A stretch of 64,000 bases of DNA from Camelus ferus (taxonomy: Eukaryota), in contig NC_045697.1 in assembly GCF_009834535.1 (NCBI RefSeq), positions 48,486,001-48,550,000 on the forward strand. Direction: 5' to 3'. Below the pieces are notes generated by a model. That model saw only the letters and a list, made by a program, of their open reading frames with translations. It was not told the origin of the DNA and made no database searches. Position numbers and translations under genes: made by a program. This document shows positions 50,926 through 64,000 of this stretch, piece by piece. Within the stretch, counting starts at the first letter, position 1, and each line of letters opens with the position of its first letter.

Positions 50926-52797
50926 AACCAGAATAAAAATCTAAAAATCTTAGGTATTATCACCCATCCAGGAGGGTCAGAATAGCTGCTGCTTGACAAA
51001 CCCAACAGCACAGCATGGATGGAATTCCAACTAGTATGGTGATTGAGCTAGTAACATAAGGGTCAGTCAATGAGCCAGCACAGCCCACTGCACACCACAC
51101 ACCCAGTCAAACCAGGCCCTTCCAGCCCAACCCCACTGGAAGGCTTTATCCTACTTGCAGGGGCTGGGACAGAGCTCTCACATGGATTCCTGAGGCTGAT
51201 TTTGACGACAGGGCTGGGGGAAGACAGCAGAGAAGCCGGAATCATAATTGGCCTACCATTTAGCACACTTTTCAATAGAAAATCAACAAATTGCCAACAA
51301 ATTGCTATGCTAATCCAGAACAGCCAGCTCTGCAGTGAGCATTTATCAGAAGAGAAAAGACAACTCATTTATGCCACTCTGGAGAACTAGCTGCCATTCA
51401 GGAGGTCCCCTGCTGAATTTTAATCGGCTTCATGGAGGGAAAAGGGGAAAGCGGGAGAGCTGGCGGCTGTGGTCAGGTTTCTCTCCAGTCAGTCTCTACC
51501 CAGTGCTGGAGACACAAGGCCAGACAGCGAGCTGTCTGTAGCGCGAGTCAGCCATGGCTTTCAGTGCAGGGGCTATATTCAGTGTGTTCCTTGTGGAGAT
51601 TTTCAAAAAGGAAACTATTTGCCCCTCCCCCAACAACTAACCAAGTAAAAAATGGTGGTTCTTACACTGAACACACACCTTTTCTGAATTCACTTCATTT
51701 TAGACAAGAGAAGCCAAGCCAGGTCCACTCTGCCAAGCTTGGGGGAAGGATACATCCAGAAAGCATACTGGCGACATGCAGAATTCCTTTTTTTGTTTGA
51801 CCTGAAGTCAATGCCCAGAGGACCAGGGCATCCAAACAGTGCAGCCTGAGCCACCTCACTGCTGTTTAGCCTGGTCACTCATCAGAAGGGACGGGGAGGG
51901 CAAAGGAAAGGCCATTATCTGTTCCAGGGTCATATCTGCTTCAGAGCAGCAGGAGATTCCTGTTTCTGTTTTCCCTTCTTTCCTCACCTTCTTTTTTACC
52001 TTCTTTCTCTTAATTTAAAAAAGATACGGCTAGAGAAGATGATGACAATACCAAGGCCAGAGGCCTAGGCTGACGCATGACATTTAAAGGGTATGAATAA
52101 AACACACTGAGGATGAACTGCGTAAGTCAGATCTCTTGGCCTTTTCCATACATCTCCTGGGAATAAAGTGAGGTCAATTTCAGATTCTGATTTAAGGACA
52201 AAAGGTTAATTTAATAATTCAGGCAGAAATTTATTTCAAATATAAAATAGAATTTTAAGTTGTCTTTTGCACTAAACGCAAAATTTTTTAACATTGTAAG
52301 CTTACTAAAGTAGTTAGAGCAGTTTCAGATTTCACTCACTATAGGTAGCATATCTTTAAAAAGACTTTAATGGAGGTGACTACTGCACATAGTCAGAGAA
52401 ACAGAAACAAATTCTTAAAATGCTTTTCAATGATCCTCCTATGTACGTACATTTCTGTTCCTTCTTCCAACTTCCTTTAGTCTAGTTAGGGCCTAAGTCC
52501 TTCCATCCACCAAAAATTCAAATAAGTGGCTAAATAACAATATTAAACTACTTGCTTGACTGTATGATGCAAATAAAAATAATAATTTAAGTAACACCAC
52601 AAAGCTCACAAAGCATCTACCTAAATATAATCTCAATCTTTGTAACTATGTGACCTACACGGAATGGGTATTATTGCCCTGCTTTACTAATAATAAAAGA
52701 GTAAAAATACCATTTCCCGAAACACACCCCTCTGACAGTCACGTGCCAACACTTAAGAGTCAGACTCCTTGCTTGGAGCAAGGGATGAGTCACTCAC

Positions 52798-52912
52798 CAA
52801 CACACAGGATGTTGAAACAGAATCCTTGAGAAGTGGACTTGTTGACCAGCTGGTCGGGAAGACTGTCAAATCCAACATGGCCAGAAAGGGACAAGTTTCG
52901 AAGGTCTTCATT
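52798..52912 (-). CDS. SEPTIN11: Septin 11 exon 2 ([38 protein letters not shown])
   Basis: 115 nt; acceptor ttccag (phase 0), donor G|GTGAGT. Exon 1 is not in the window. Confidence 0.97.
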
Positions 52913-53820
52913 CTGGAATTTCAGAGGGAAAGGTTTGAGAACCTGTGATGATGCCACCTGGGGACCCCTCCCTCTCCCATCCTTTCTCCTTGACATGCAT
53001 GAAAACAGTGACCCCCCTGTGTCCACACCCTCCCTGGCTTCTACACAACCGAAACTGCCAACAACTCCAGACCACGCTCTCCCCACAAAATCACACCGAC
53101 TCCCAGAGCAGACCATCTCCCACGCAGCTCAGGTCCTGCTACAGGTGCCCTGGTCCCATGGAAATGAGCTTCTAGAGGTGGCTGCTGTTTCAGATACATG
53201 TTAAGTGACAAAAACTCCAACCACTTCCATTTACTTCCCAATCCATGAGGGAAAAATAAATGACACTCTCCCAGATACAGGAAGGAGATTTAAGAAGCTC
53301 ACAGCGGAGGACGCAAACCATTATGGAAATTCTGTAACCACCGTAATGAACATATTGAAAAGAATGCAATGTAGGACTTGATCCCTTCTCCTCCGTGAGC
53401 TGTACGGGCTTCCTGGGGGCCCCTCTGCTCTCCCCGACAGCTCCAAGCACAGGTTCTGCATTCCCTGCACCTTCTGACTCTACTGAAGGAGACTGGGCTA
53501 AGGTAGTTATCATATATTTAAAAAGTGGGGTGATTTATGCGGTTTTGTAAGATGGTGCTGACTGCCTGCGCAACACACCTGTGGGTATTGGAGATCTGCG
53601 AAATCTTTCTTTCCCAAGAAAACAGAGGTCAGCTGTGGTTCTTCAATTAAATACCACAGTGATGGTCTGGAATTCTAGAAACTAGATATTGAAAACCTCC
53701 CTAAAAACAAGACTCTCGGTGTCTGGCTGTGCTGTCAGTGAACTTTAAATTCAAGACGCTAAATTTGGGGTGAGAATCAGCCTCAAATTCCCATTTTTAA
53801 TTAAAAAATAAAAGGGCTTT

Positions 53821-54010
53821 AGATAAACAGCAAGGTCCTAATGTACAACACAGGGAAATACACTCAACACCTTGTAATAGACTATAATAGAAAATAATAT
53901 GGAAAGGAATACATGTATGTATAAATGAATCATTACGCTGTACACCAGAAATTAGCACAACATTGTAAACCAACCATACTTCAATTTTTTTTAATTTAAA
54001 ATTTAAAAAT
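53821..54010 (+). mobile_element. Lineage L1 3' end
   Basis: gataaacagcaaggtcctaatgtacaacacaggg...gctgtacaccagaaattagcacaacattgtaaaccaaccatacttcaat. Confidence 0.82.
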
Positions 54011-54098
54011 AAAAAGCCTTATGCAGGATCGCTTAGTCAATATTTTTAACAAGACTGATTTCATGATCCTCCTGTGTGTTATGAAATGAGTGATTTCT

Positions 54099-54246
54099 CT
54101 TTTTTAATTTCTTATAAAAAATTAAAAAAGATTTAAGAGTAGCTGATTTACAATGTTAGTTGCAGGTATACATATATACACATATATATTTTTTTCTTTT
54201 CAGATTCTTTTCCATTATATGTTATTACAAGAAACTGAATACTGGA
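54099..54246 (-). mobile_element. Short lineage L1 3' end with 11-bp TSD
   Basis: gtagctgatttacaatgttag...ttcagattcttttccattata; gagtgatttct at 54088-54098 and 54247-54257. Confidence 0.75.
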
Positions 54247-55974
54247 GAGTGATTTCTTTTAATAATGCAAGACTCAGACTCCATTTCTAAATTACCATGA
54301 TCACTACACAGGCAGAGAAATGACTCCCCAAATGCAGTGATTTTAATGGAAGTTTTATGAATAATATGTCTAAGGGCCTTGCTAGCTCTACAATTCCGAT
54401 TCTGTGAAATAAGATAACCCCCACCCCCGCACTGCCTGGGTACCACGGTGGCAGCTGCAGGTTTGAGGTCAATGGGACAGGGAACAGATGCCCTGTCTAT
54501 GAATAGTTCCCTTGAAACCTGCCAACAGTGAATATGAGACTCGAGAGTGGGCTCTTATCCTTGAGCAGGATGGCATGGCTGACCGCTCGCCAAGCAGCTT
54601 TGGGAGCAGGGCCCGTGGGCAGCAGCCCTGGGAGCTGGCCGGGCCTCCCAACACCACCCCGCGGCCCTAATTCTACCACCTGCCCCTTCCTCTTCAGATA
54701 CCTCAAAGGTTCAGACAGCAGGTATTTTTAGGGTGTTTACCACATCCGCCAAGACGGGGAGGAAGATTTGAAATGGGTCTGGGTTATATTTAGAACTCTT
54801 TCCATCGCAGCTGTGCAGGGGCTGCTGTGTTGCAGGCGAGGAGAAACCACCATCCCAGCCTTCTCTGATGCAGCGCTGACTGGAACAGTCAGCAAAAACA
54901 TGAAAGGAGACAAGGCGAGGAAGAACCATCCTCCTCCATTCCCTTTCCTCTTTGCCATAATAATTCTAATTTTTTTTTGGTGTGTCGGGGGCGGTGTGCA
55001 GGAAAGAGTGGTTTATTGCTGTGGATTCTGGACCGTTGTTGGGTTTTCAGATTCAGATATGCACCCAGGAGCCAATCCTGGGAAAGAATCAGAGTTAGTG
55101 ATTACAGCTCTCAGCCCAGAATCCACTGCTCAGCATCTCATATTCTCACCATTTCCAAAACACGAGAAACCACCCACACACCCACTGAGTATTTTTACAC
55201 CCCCTAGAAACCACACACAAAATGAAGGGTTATAAAACAGTTTGGTCTGAAAGTTTTGTTTTTTAATTTAAGTTTATGTCTTCAGAGTCTCTGTCTTCTA
55301 ACTTTGTCATACAAAATATGTACATTGTATAATGCCATTTTAAAATTCCATCATGTGAGCCTGTTTCTCTGCCTGGTATTAAAAACGACTCCTGAGGGCT
55401 ACTGCCCACCAGTATGTGATGGGGAAATGGAAAATACGAAGTTCCTCCTTTGGTTCATGAACAGGCTTCAAAACTGAAAAGCGCTGTAGGACAGACATGT
55501 GAGGGGAGGCTCTAACTCACCCACAGCAGCTGAAATGAATTCCTACACACCAGCATTTCATGGTACCACACTTACGGCCTAATGCCTTAGCTGTCTCTAT
55601 CCAAAGAATGTGGGCTGTCTTTGGGGTCTACAGCCATGATCTCAGGGAATCTGAGATCCTCATGTCTTTACCACTATCACACACCTAGAAATGACCCTCA
55701 GAATTTCATCTCTAGTACTGAACTCTGCCTGCAGTCCAGTTCTGAATTTCTACCAAAAGGGCGGTTCTCCTGGGTCGTCCTCTCTGTACCTCAAACTGGT
55801 CTTCACAAAACTGAAATCATATCCCTCCATCGCAAACTCACCCCAACTCCCAAGTTCCCTATTTCTGTTAACAGTGTGTATCTGTGCTCAAGACCCACCT
55901 GCCTGCATCAATCCCAAAATGTTATCAATGCCACATCCTCCTCCTCTTTGTTTGTAATATTTTTTTAAATAGAT

Positions 55975-56185
55975 TATTTTTTTAGAGCAGTTTCAGGTTT
56001 ACAGTAGAGTTGAGCAAAAAATACAGAGTTCCCACAAAGCACTCCCCACTCACAAAATATACTCCCCTACTCTCAATATCCCTTATCAGTGTGGCGTATT
56101 TGGTACAATCAATGAACCAACATGGACACATTATTATCAACCAAGTTCCACAGTTCACGTTAGGGTTCACTCTTAATGTTGTATG
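55975..56185 (-). mobile_element. Old L1 (L1MC-like) 3' end
   Basis: tttagagcagtttcaggtttacagtagagttgagc...ttagggttcactcttaatgttgta. Confidence 0.75.
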
Positions 56186-56739
56186 TCTGTACTAATTTAA
56201 CAGCTTTCCAACAGGTCTCCTTGCCTTGATCCCACTCCCTCTAACCCTTCCCCTCTCTGCCTTGCTGCCAAAGGGATCCTAGTACTCAAAGGCCCTCAAC
56301 CCAAACTCCCCGGCCTGCCATCTCAGGGCCTTCGTGTGCTAAATTCAAATCTCTTTTCCTATCGAATACCCTACGCCTCCCCAGGGAGCACCTTCCACTG
56401 CAGTTAAACAGAATTACTAACAGTTCCTGGGACAACCCCAGGGCTCTCCCCATCAGACTTGACTCATACTATTTCCTCTATCTGGAAGGGCCTTAGACCC
56501 AATGTGTACACAGCCAAACATTCAAGATCCCACAGAAATTTTATCTCCAGCATTGTCTTTATTATGAAATCTCAGGAATGTTTACTCAGGAAAATTTCAG
56601 GAAATACTCCCCTTATCAAGAAAAGGAAAATAATGATTGGATAAAAGTGGCTCAAGCTATTTGGTATCCATGATCATCATCAGAACAGCTAACATTTGTT
56701 GACCCATGTTCCAGAAAAGCCCTAAACATCAATGAACTA

Positions 56740-56915
56740 GTTAGTTCATCTTAACACTTCCGTGAGGTAATTACTATTGTTATTTGACCTTAACTGACAG
56801 TTGAGAAAACAGAGGCACAGAAGTTCAGTAACTTGCTCAAGGTAACACAGCCAAAAAGACCTGTAATGAGAGCCTGAAATGTGAACCCAGGAGGTCAGGT
56901 TCCAGAGTCCAGAGT
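56740..56915 (-). mobile_element. MIR SINE
   Basis: gagaaaacagaggcacagaagttcagtaacttgctcaaggtaacacagc...gaacccagg. Confidence 0.8.
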
Positions 56916-58170
56916 CCTCCCACTTAGTCACTGTTGTCGCATGGTGATCTAAGTTCCCACATAGCCCCAAACAACACAAGGACTTTAGCTGCTTTTGAAA
57001 TCCAATATACTAAAATAGAAAGGAAAAAAAAGTTCTCTAAAATCATAATTCTATGGCAACCATAAGAGTGGAAGTTGAGAATTAGAATTGGCACAGTAGC
57101 CATAAATACATATTTTCACTGGTCCTGGCGATGCTGAGAGCAGACTTTGATTTTTGCATCCATGGCACATGAAGTCAATAATAAAAAACTTGGTTTGGAC
57201 CATTTTTGAGATGAAAGTGCCAACTTGGAGGCACTGAGTAATAACTGTAAGACCGTAATTGATTTAGTCCTCCACTTGCTAATCTACCTAGGGAGGGGTT
57301 GTACTCACATGGTTTCTATGCCCACTCCATCCTGAAATGGGTTATGACTAAATTCTACGGTATAAAATAAAGCAACCAGTCTTTAACTTGACAATCTCAT
57401 TTTTTCTCTTTTCAGATCGTCTTGACATGAACACAATTACTTATTTGTTCATTCAAAAAAAACCTCATTGCTCAAAGCTCTAAGAGGGCAAAATACGTTA
57501 TTTTGTTATTCACTGATAAACACTCTTCCTGCCCTTCAGAGATTTACAATGGAGCAGTAGAAGCAGGACATAAATAAATGTAATATTATTAAGGATAAAA
57601 GTGATTAATACCATCACTTTAACTCTGGGATGACAAAGGGGAAACAGGTAGCTTTTGGCTACGGAAATTCAGAGGGGCTTCTTTTAGGAAGGTTGGCGCT
57701 CTCCTAATCTACCAGGAAAACAAAAGTCTAGCTTGCAGGAGCCTTCCAAATAAATGCTATCTATGCTCAAAGGGTCACTTTATCAGGAATGTGAACTCTG
57801 AAGATTATAATTAACACATTTTTCAGAAGATGCCTAGCTGACTTCACTACTGAAATAATTATAAAACAAATGATAGAAGAATGTGTGCCAACACCTACAT
57901 TCTGAGTGCTGCTTTAAAGTATGTTCCACAATTTCCAATCTTGATTAGCCAGAAGCAGGACGGCAAAAGGCTTGGATATAGACAGCCATGGTTTTGAATC
58001 CCTACTTGTTTTAGTCTCTGTTGCTCCACCAGTAAAGATGGAGGACTTGGCAGGGTGGCTGGGAGGAACTAAGGAAATGGTATGTGTGAGAGTGCCAGCA
58101 TTGAAGAGGTCCTCAGCAAACTGGGGTTTCCTTCCCCTAAATTAGGTGGGAGGAAGAAACAGATGTAATG

Positions 58171-58452
58171 TTATTTCATTTATTTTTTAATTGAAGTATA
58201 GTCAATTTACAATGTTGTATTAGTTTCTGGTGTACAGCATACTGATTCAGGTATACATATATATTCCTTTTCATATTCTTTTTCATTCTAGTTTATTACA
58301 AGATAGTGAATGTATTTCCCTGTGCTATACAGTAGGACCTTGTTGTTTATCTATCTTATACATAGTAGTTAATATCTGCAAATCCCGAACTCCCAATTTA
58401 TCCCTCCCACCCCCTCTCTCTGCTGGTAACCATAATTTTTTTTTTTTCTATG
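58171..58452 (-). mobile_element. Lineage L1 3' end
   Basis: ttgaagtatagtcaatttacaatgttg...ccctgtgctatacagtaggacc...ctggtaaccataa. Confidence 0.85.
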
Positions 58453-61429
58453 AGACAGTTTTAACTTTAAAATCAGGAGCTCTCCTATGGGTGCACTGGG
58501 AGAAGCTGCAGATGGGCAAAGCCCGCCAACTAACCAGGGAAGAAGCATCACTAACAGAGGAACAAAGTGGGAAAAAGAACTAGGCAAGAGAATGGGGACT
58601 CTAGTGTGAAGAAAATCCACCCTCAACAGGAAGCTCACTTACACAGCTTGGGGGGGGGGGCGGTCAGGGAGGCCACAGCGTCCCTTCCCGTTTGCAGGCA
58701 GCAACATCCTCCACAGCTGGAGACCATGAAGGGGCCCCCATCTTCACTCTTCCTTCTCTCTTAACCCGGTCTAGAGCCTCTTGAAATTAACAAACTGGAT
58801 GTGCCCCGATGGATTCTATTCACTCATACTCAAGGTGATGACCCATTTCTTTCCTTTTAAAACCAAAGGCCTCAGAAGCCACGGTTAGTAGGTGGTCTAC
58901 AGCTGCTGATCCTTATCAGTCAACGGAAGCAGGAGCGTGTGTTACCAAGGTGACATGTTTTCCTGTACGCTGAAAACAGTTAGAATTATTACCTTTAAAA
59001 TTAGCTATTACAATTAAAATTTAAAAAGACTTTTCTCCTTTAATATTTAAATTATTATCTTTAAAATTAACAGATAACTTCTTTTATTACTAGAAAGCTA
59101 GAAATTACATTCTTCTCAAAGCCTCATTTTGTAGATAATGAATTATATTGATCCAAGGCATTTAATCTCTGGGCTTATGTTTCCTCATCTGCAAAATGAG
59201 ATTTAACAAAATGACCTCTAAGCAAAGTCTTTGGTTCTAACGCTAATTCTAAGATTTCCTAAGTCTGGAAATCAGAGATGCATAAATCTAAATCGGTCAT
59301 TTTGCCTAAGGAAAGTCAACACAGGGCAAAAACTTGGTAGTATTTTTTCTCGTCAGATCAAGATGACTCAATTTTTGCATGATGCTTGCAAGGGAATTAC
59401 TGTCAGTTATCCTGGTTAACTCCAAATGTAATAGAAATCTTTGTGTGTACCTCTGTGTTTTCCACATGAACTTCGCATTTTTGCTTGCTTAACTCTAATA
59501 ATTTGACTTAGTTTTAAAGCAAAAGTTACTCACCCACTCCCTACAACTGTCCTGCTTAAAAACTTTTTTTCCTTCAGCAATATCTGCAGTCTTCCAGCAC
59601 TTTTTGAAAAGTGGGTTTATAGCCTCAAAACAAAATATAGAAAATAACTCTTCTGTGTAAGTTAATCATCTGTCTTCAAGAAGAAAAGCAAATCTTTATT
59701 CATGCTTTCACTCACAGAAGAAATATTTATTGAGTACAAACGTGTGAGATACAGTACTGAATGCTAAGGAGATGATGACATTGAGAAAACAAAGCATTAA
59801 CTCATGGAACATACAGTCTAGTGGGACACAGATGTTAATCCAATAGTCACAGATGTATAATCATAATCTATCCAAAGTACAGGATGTGATGCAACCTTTA
59901 CAACTCATGTGATGAACTAGTCTTTCTTCCAATGAATTCACCAGCTTACAGTGTGTAGAAACACGTGTTATTCTGCAGCATTTTTCGATATTAATTTAGT
60001 AGACAGCTCCTATATACAGCTGATGTGCAGGTTTTCTGTATTCAGATGAAAACAAAAAGTCTTTTGACCAGAATTGCCTGATGGGAGGAGGCAGAAATAA
60101 TTAAGACTCAAGTCTTAAGAAAATGAATCTCCAATCTTAAATAGAGCTGAGAGGGAACCATGGGGCATACTCCCTCCCTTTACTCTCTTTTCCCATAAAG
60201 ATGCCCACTTAGAGAAGAGAAGAGATACGTACTCCTTCATCGCCTTAGATAGAGTCTTTTTTGAGGCTCTGTTTCGGTACTACAGATGACATCCAGGTGG
60301 AGAGAGGCAAAGACTAGAACATCCTTTTTCTCATATGAAATCACTGACCGATCACCAGCCACTTCCCAGTATTTGGAGAAATCCTGGCCTCACAAACTGT
60401 CCAAGAAGTAAGTTCTACCCAAGTATCCGATTGATCAGTTTTGTAAATACATACACTTCTAGAGAGTACTGAACTGGTTTCATATTCTCTTTTAAAGAAA
60501 GGAAAGTTGGTGGGAAGATAGGAAACGCCCTTAGTTCTCATGCAGAAGGGAAAACACTGGAATGCAAAGTCTCAACCCAAACCACAACTATGAAGCCTGC
60601 ACTGGGATGTTTTCAGGGCTCAGCAATGCTGGGGTCACTTCCATAACATAAAATGTCGGCGGCATCTCATTACCAATGAGGAGCGCGTTCTTTAAGGATG
60701 ACTTGGACAACATTTGCTACCTGGCTTGTCATCTATACCATGAAATCCCCAGAATGGAGCCAAGAAAGCCCTCAAGGAAACTGTCTCTCACAGCAGCAGA
60801 AGAGAGCGAGCCAGGAAGGAGAGGGGATTGTGAGGAGGAAAACCATATGAGGAAAGAACTTGGGTGCAGCCCAGCTGGAAGCTAGGATTGAGGGGGAAAA
60901 AAAAAAAAAAGCAGCCAGGGGCCAGTCCCCAAGCCACAGAGCTGAAGATGTCAGCTCTGACTATCAAACCGAGAGCCATCCCTGACACAGCACCAAGTAA
61001 CCAGAAAAGATCTTGGTTACTAAATACCCAGTAACTGCCCTAATATCAATGCCATCTTTAAGCAACTCTATCCGAGAGACTCCCAGTGGAGGAACAAATT
61101 TTGCTTTTCCAGATCCTTGCAGAAATAATATGGTATAGGGGTTTTCTTTGGGGACAGTAGAATTATAGGGAATTTTTACTTTCTAATTGTTATGTTTCTA
61201 TAATATTTGAATTATTACCAAAAAAAAAACCTTCACACTTTTATAATAGAAAAGAAGAAATTTTAAAAATCAGGAAATGCAAGTAACAATAATAATAAAT
61301 AAATACTAAAAAATTTTCATTGCAACTAATGGGTAGGTTATAAGATAAAATAAATGAGTAGTTATTTCTTCTAAAAACAGAACCAAGTCATGTAGAAAGT
61401 GATGAGAATAAGCAAAAAAGCAGAATGGT

Positions 61430-61555
61430 GCAGTGGAAGGCATTTGACACCTGAGGTCAGGGGACTCGGGACAACTCTGCCACTGTTTAGCTCTTTAGTG
61501 TGATCTGGGGTAAGTCGTTTAACTTCTCAGCCTCAGTTTTGTCAGCTTTAAAATA
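61430..61555 (+). mobile_element. MIR SINE fragment
   Basis: ctctgccact...tgtgatctggggtaagtcgtttaacttctcagcctcagtttt. Confidence 0.65.
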
Positions 61556-62595
61556 AACTAGCTCACCAAGCTGTGGCAAGAATTAATATAATCCTCCCCA
61601 TCCTCTCAGCTCTTTTGACACACTTTTCTTGGACAACTTCATCCCTGCCCATGTGGTTAGTGACCAACCACAGGCTAACAAATTCCAAGTCATGACCGGC
61701 AGCCCTGTCTCCCTCCTGTGCATCCAATGCCCAGGCACCTCTAAGCCAACCTCTTTTAAGTGGAAAGCACTCTATCCCTCATTCTCAATTCAAATCTGCC
61801 CTTCCTCCCATTTTCTTATGTCAAATGGAGGCAACATTTACTTCAAAGAATTAGAGGCCCCGAGAATAATATCAATTCGTAAGCATGCCAAAAATCTGCA
61901 TAAATTTATAGGCCTCTACCCTCTTGCAGAAGAAAAAAGTCTACTGTTTCATCATCTTAAACCCTCGCTCTCCTCCAAATTGGACAGCGAAGATTCCTGA
62001 AGCTGTCAGTCTCAGGTTAGATTTTCTCCTCTGCACCCGGACGTAATAACCACCCATCACCCCTTTTTGGGCCAAACCTTTCCCACCCACCCCTCTTAGC
62101 TGACATAAGTGCATCACCAGCTGATTTCTATTTCTGAGCCTGCAGACCCATGACTTGGACGACCCTCTTTTCCTAACACCACCCCCACCAGACCTCACCC
62201 CACTTTGTATCTAGTGCGATGTTTCACAGAAATTGTATTTTCCAACCTCCTCATTCTCAGATAAGGGGGCAGGTACAGCGGCTGGTTGGTCCTCCCTACA
62301 CACACGGCCAGGCGGAGAGAGGCGGAACCTCGGCGAGCTCCCAGGGCGAGCCTGGCGCCGGGCGCCCTGCCCTCCGTCCTCCTGGGCCGGCCTGGGACAA
62401 GAACGGGCAGGGTAGCGGGTGAAGCCTGGGCGAGAGGCCTGGGGACAGCGTGCTTCCGCTCTTCTTCCACCTGGGCTCCTGTTCCTCTGGCTTCTCCACG
62501 TCCCCCTCACAGAGAACAGCCAGGATCCTGCTCCTTTGTCTGTGGTGAGTGTCACCTTTGTCCCATTCGACATCAGATTTCTCACACAGCAGTTA

Positions 62596-62925
62596 GGTGG
62601 AATGTAAAAAAATGACACAAACCAACTTATTTACGAAACAGAAACGGACTCACAGACACAGAAAACAAACTTATGGCTACGGAGCGGGGCGGAGGGATAA
62701 ATTTAGGAGTTTGGAATTAGCAAATACAAACTACTATGTACAGAACAGATAGACAACAAGGTCCTACTGTATAGCACAGGGCACTACAGTCAATATCTTG
62801 TAAGAATCTATAATGAAAAAGAATACGAAGAAAGTATATATATGTGTGTATGACTGAATCACTATGCTGTTCATCACAGACCAACACAACACTGTAAATC
62901 GATTACACTTCAATTAAAAAAAAAA
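62596..62925 (+). mobile_element. Lineage L1 3' end
   Basis: gtggaatgtaaaaaaatgacacaaaccaacttatttacgaaacagaaacggactcacagac...acttcaattaaaaaaaaaa. Confidence 0.88.
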
Positions 62926-64000
62926 GTCTCCAAAAATGGATATAGGAAGTGAACAGAGCCCATGTTGCTCACAACCCTGGATCCTCGGGAGGAGAGGGGA
63001 GGGCCGGGAAGGAGGAGGTACTGGCTTATTAGTAAAACAGACTTGCAGCAAAGAGCTACGAAGTGTGACAATCCAAAATCTGTAAAAAGTGGTAGCACGT
63101 TTTTTCTTACAGTCAGAATGTTTTCTTTTTTCTGAAAGCCTGTGTAAATTCTGAAAGGTTACATCTAACTGGATGCCAAGAACCAACAGCAACAACAAAG
63201 AAGACATTTTCTTAAGTTTCCAAAGACCAGTCTTTCTGTTTGAGTCAAAGTGATGAACGCCTATAAGGGCCTAACGTTGCAAAGTGCTGATCAGCAGAAA
63301 GTCTCATGTTTGGGAATGACAAGGCCCACGTGTGCATTCCAGGGACTCTTACAAATTTTGCAGGGCTCAGAGGAAGACGGGGGTGGGAGGGAAGCAATGT
63401 GACAAATAGGCAAGAGGTATTTAGAAAGGCACGATCCAATTGGAAACAGATGCTACAGCTGTTCCCTCATACCACTCTATAGACATCACGGAGAGAGAAA
63501 AGCCCTTCGCTCAGCAAGCACCAAGGAGAGCTAATGAGAAAACCATGGCGGAGAGTCACTAATCATTTCAAAACCCTCCACTTTCCAAGGGGATCCCAAA
63601 TAACCCAATGTTATCCCCAACATATCACCTTTCTTGCAGAGGAGGAACCCACCCAAATTCTCACCATTGCTGGTCTGGGTCATTTTTGTCCTTTCTGCCC
63701 TGCCTTTACAGGATGGTAGACCTTCCAGACAAGCTTTCTCAAAACAGTGATGAACAGGAGGTCAAAGACAATCAAGGGCCCGCAGCAGTTAGAAGCCTTG
63801 TCCTCAACTGTTTTACGGTTCCACACATTTCCACTCCTCATGTTCACACATCAGTTCCTCAGTGCTTCCTAGCTGAGAAATCCTATGGCAGAGCTCATTT
63901 ATCTCTGTTCCCTGAAGGCATTCATCAGCAAAGAATGAAATATGGAGGGGACACTTCCTGCCCTATGCCACCATGTCTGTCACCGGATATAAATTAGCCA

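Noticed and set aside
62195..62470. ORF starting (M)EEERKHAVP as a SEPTIN11 alternative N-terminus
   Set aside because: It starts at GTG, has no in-phase donor, and is an expected by-product of high GC content.
1..64000. Prokaryote-type systems (CRISPR, operons, IS elements)
   Set aside because: The window is a spliced mammalian locus; no spaced repeat arrays or intact transposase or RT ORFs were seen.

Overview
Mammalian genomic DNA, most likely a camelid, inferred from Vic-1-like tRNA-derived SINEs and cetartiodactyl-type L1 3' ends. It holds two convergent (tail-to-tail) genes. On + is the last coding exon and 3'UTR of cyclin I (CCNI, CDS 3777-4220). On - are exons 2-9 of septin 11 (SEPTIN11, 52912 down to 20313), all with GT-AG boundaries and consistent phases. 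These are followed by an array of phase-2 alternative C-terminal exons giving ...KKNASFT, ...KKN(S)PWLCTE or ...KKNFFFM; exon 1 lies beyond the window. The rest is intron or intergenic DNA with L1, L2, MIR, LTR and DNA-transposon relics and microsatellites. Family names come from recalled consensus sequences, not a database run. I see no new gene or new multi-gene system. The most interesting signals are: (1) two small stop-containing SEPTIN11 exons, each with exactly 43 nt from stop to a GT donor; (2) additional in-phase candidate terminal exons, one Cys-rich; (3) a 141-bp direct duplication bracketing exon 3; (4) an apparently decayed alternative first exon; (5) a perfect CTCF-type motif between the two 3' ends.
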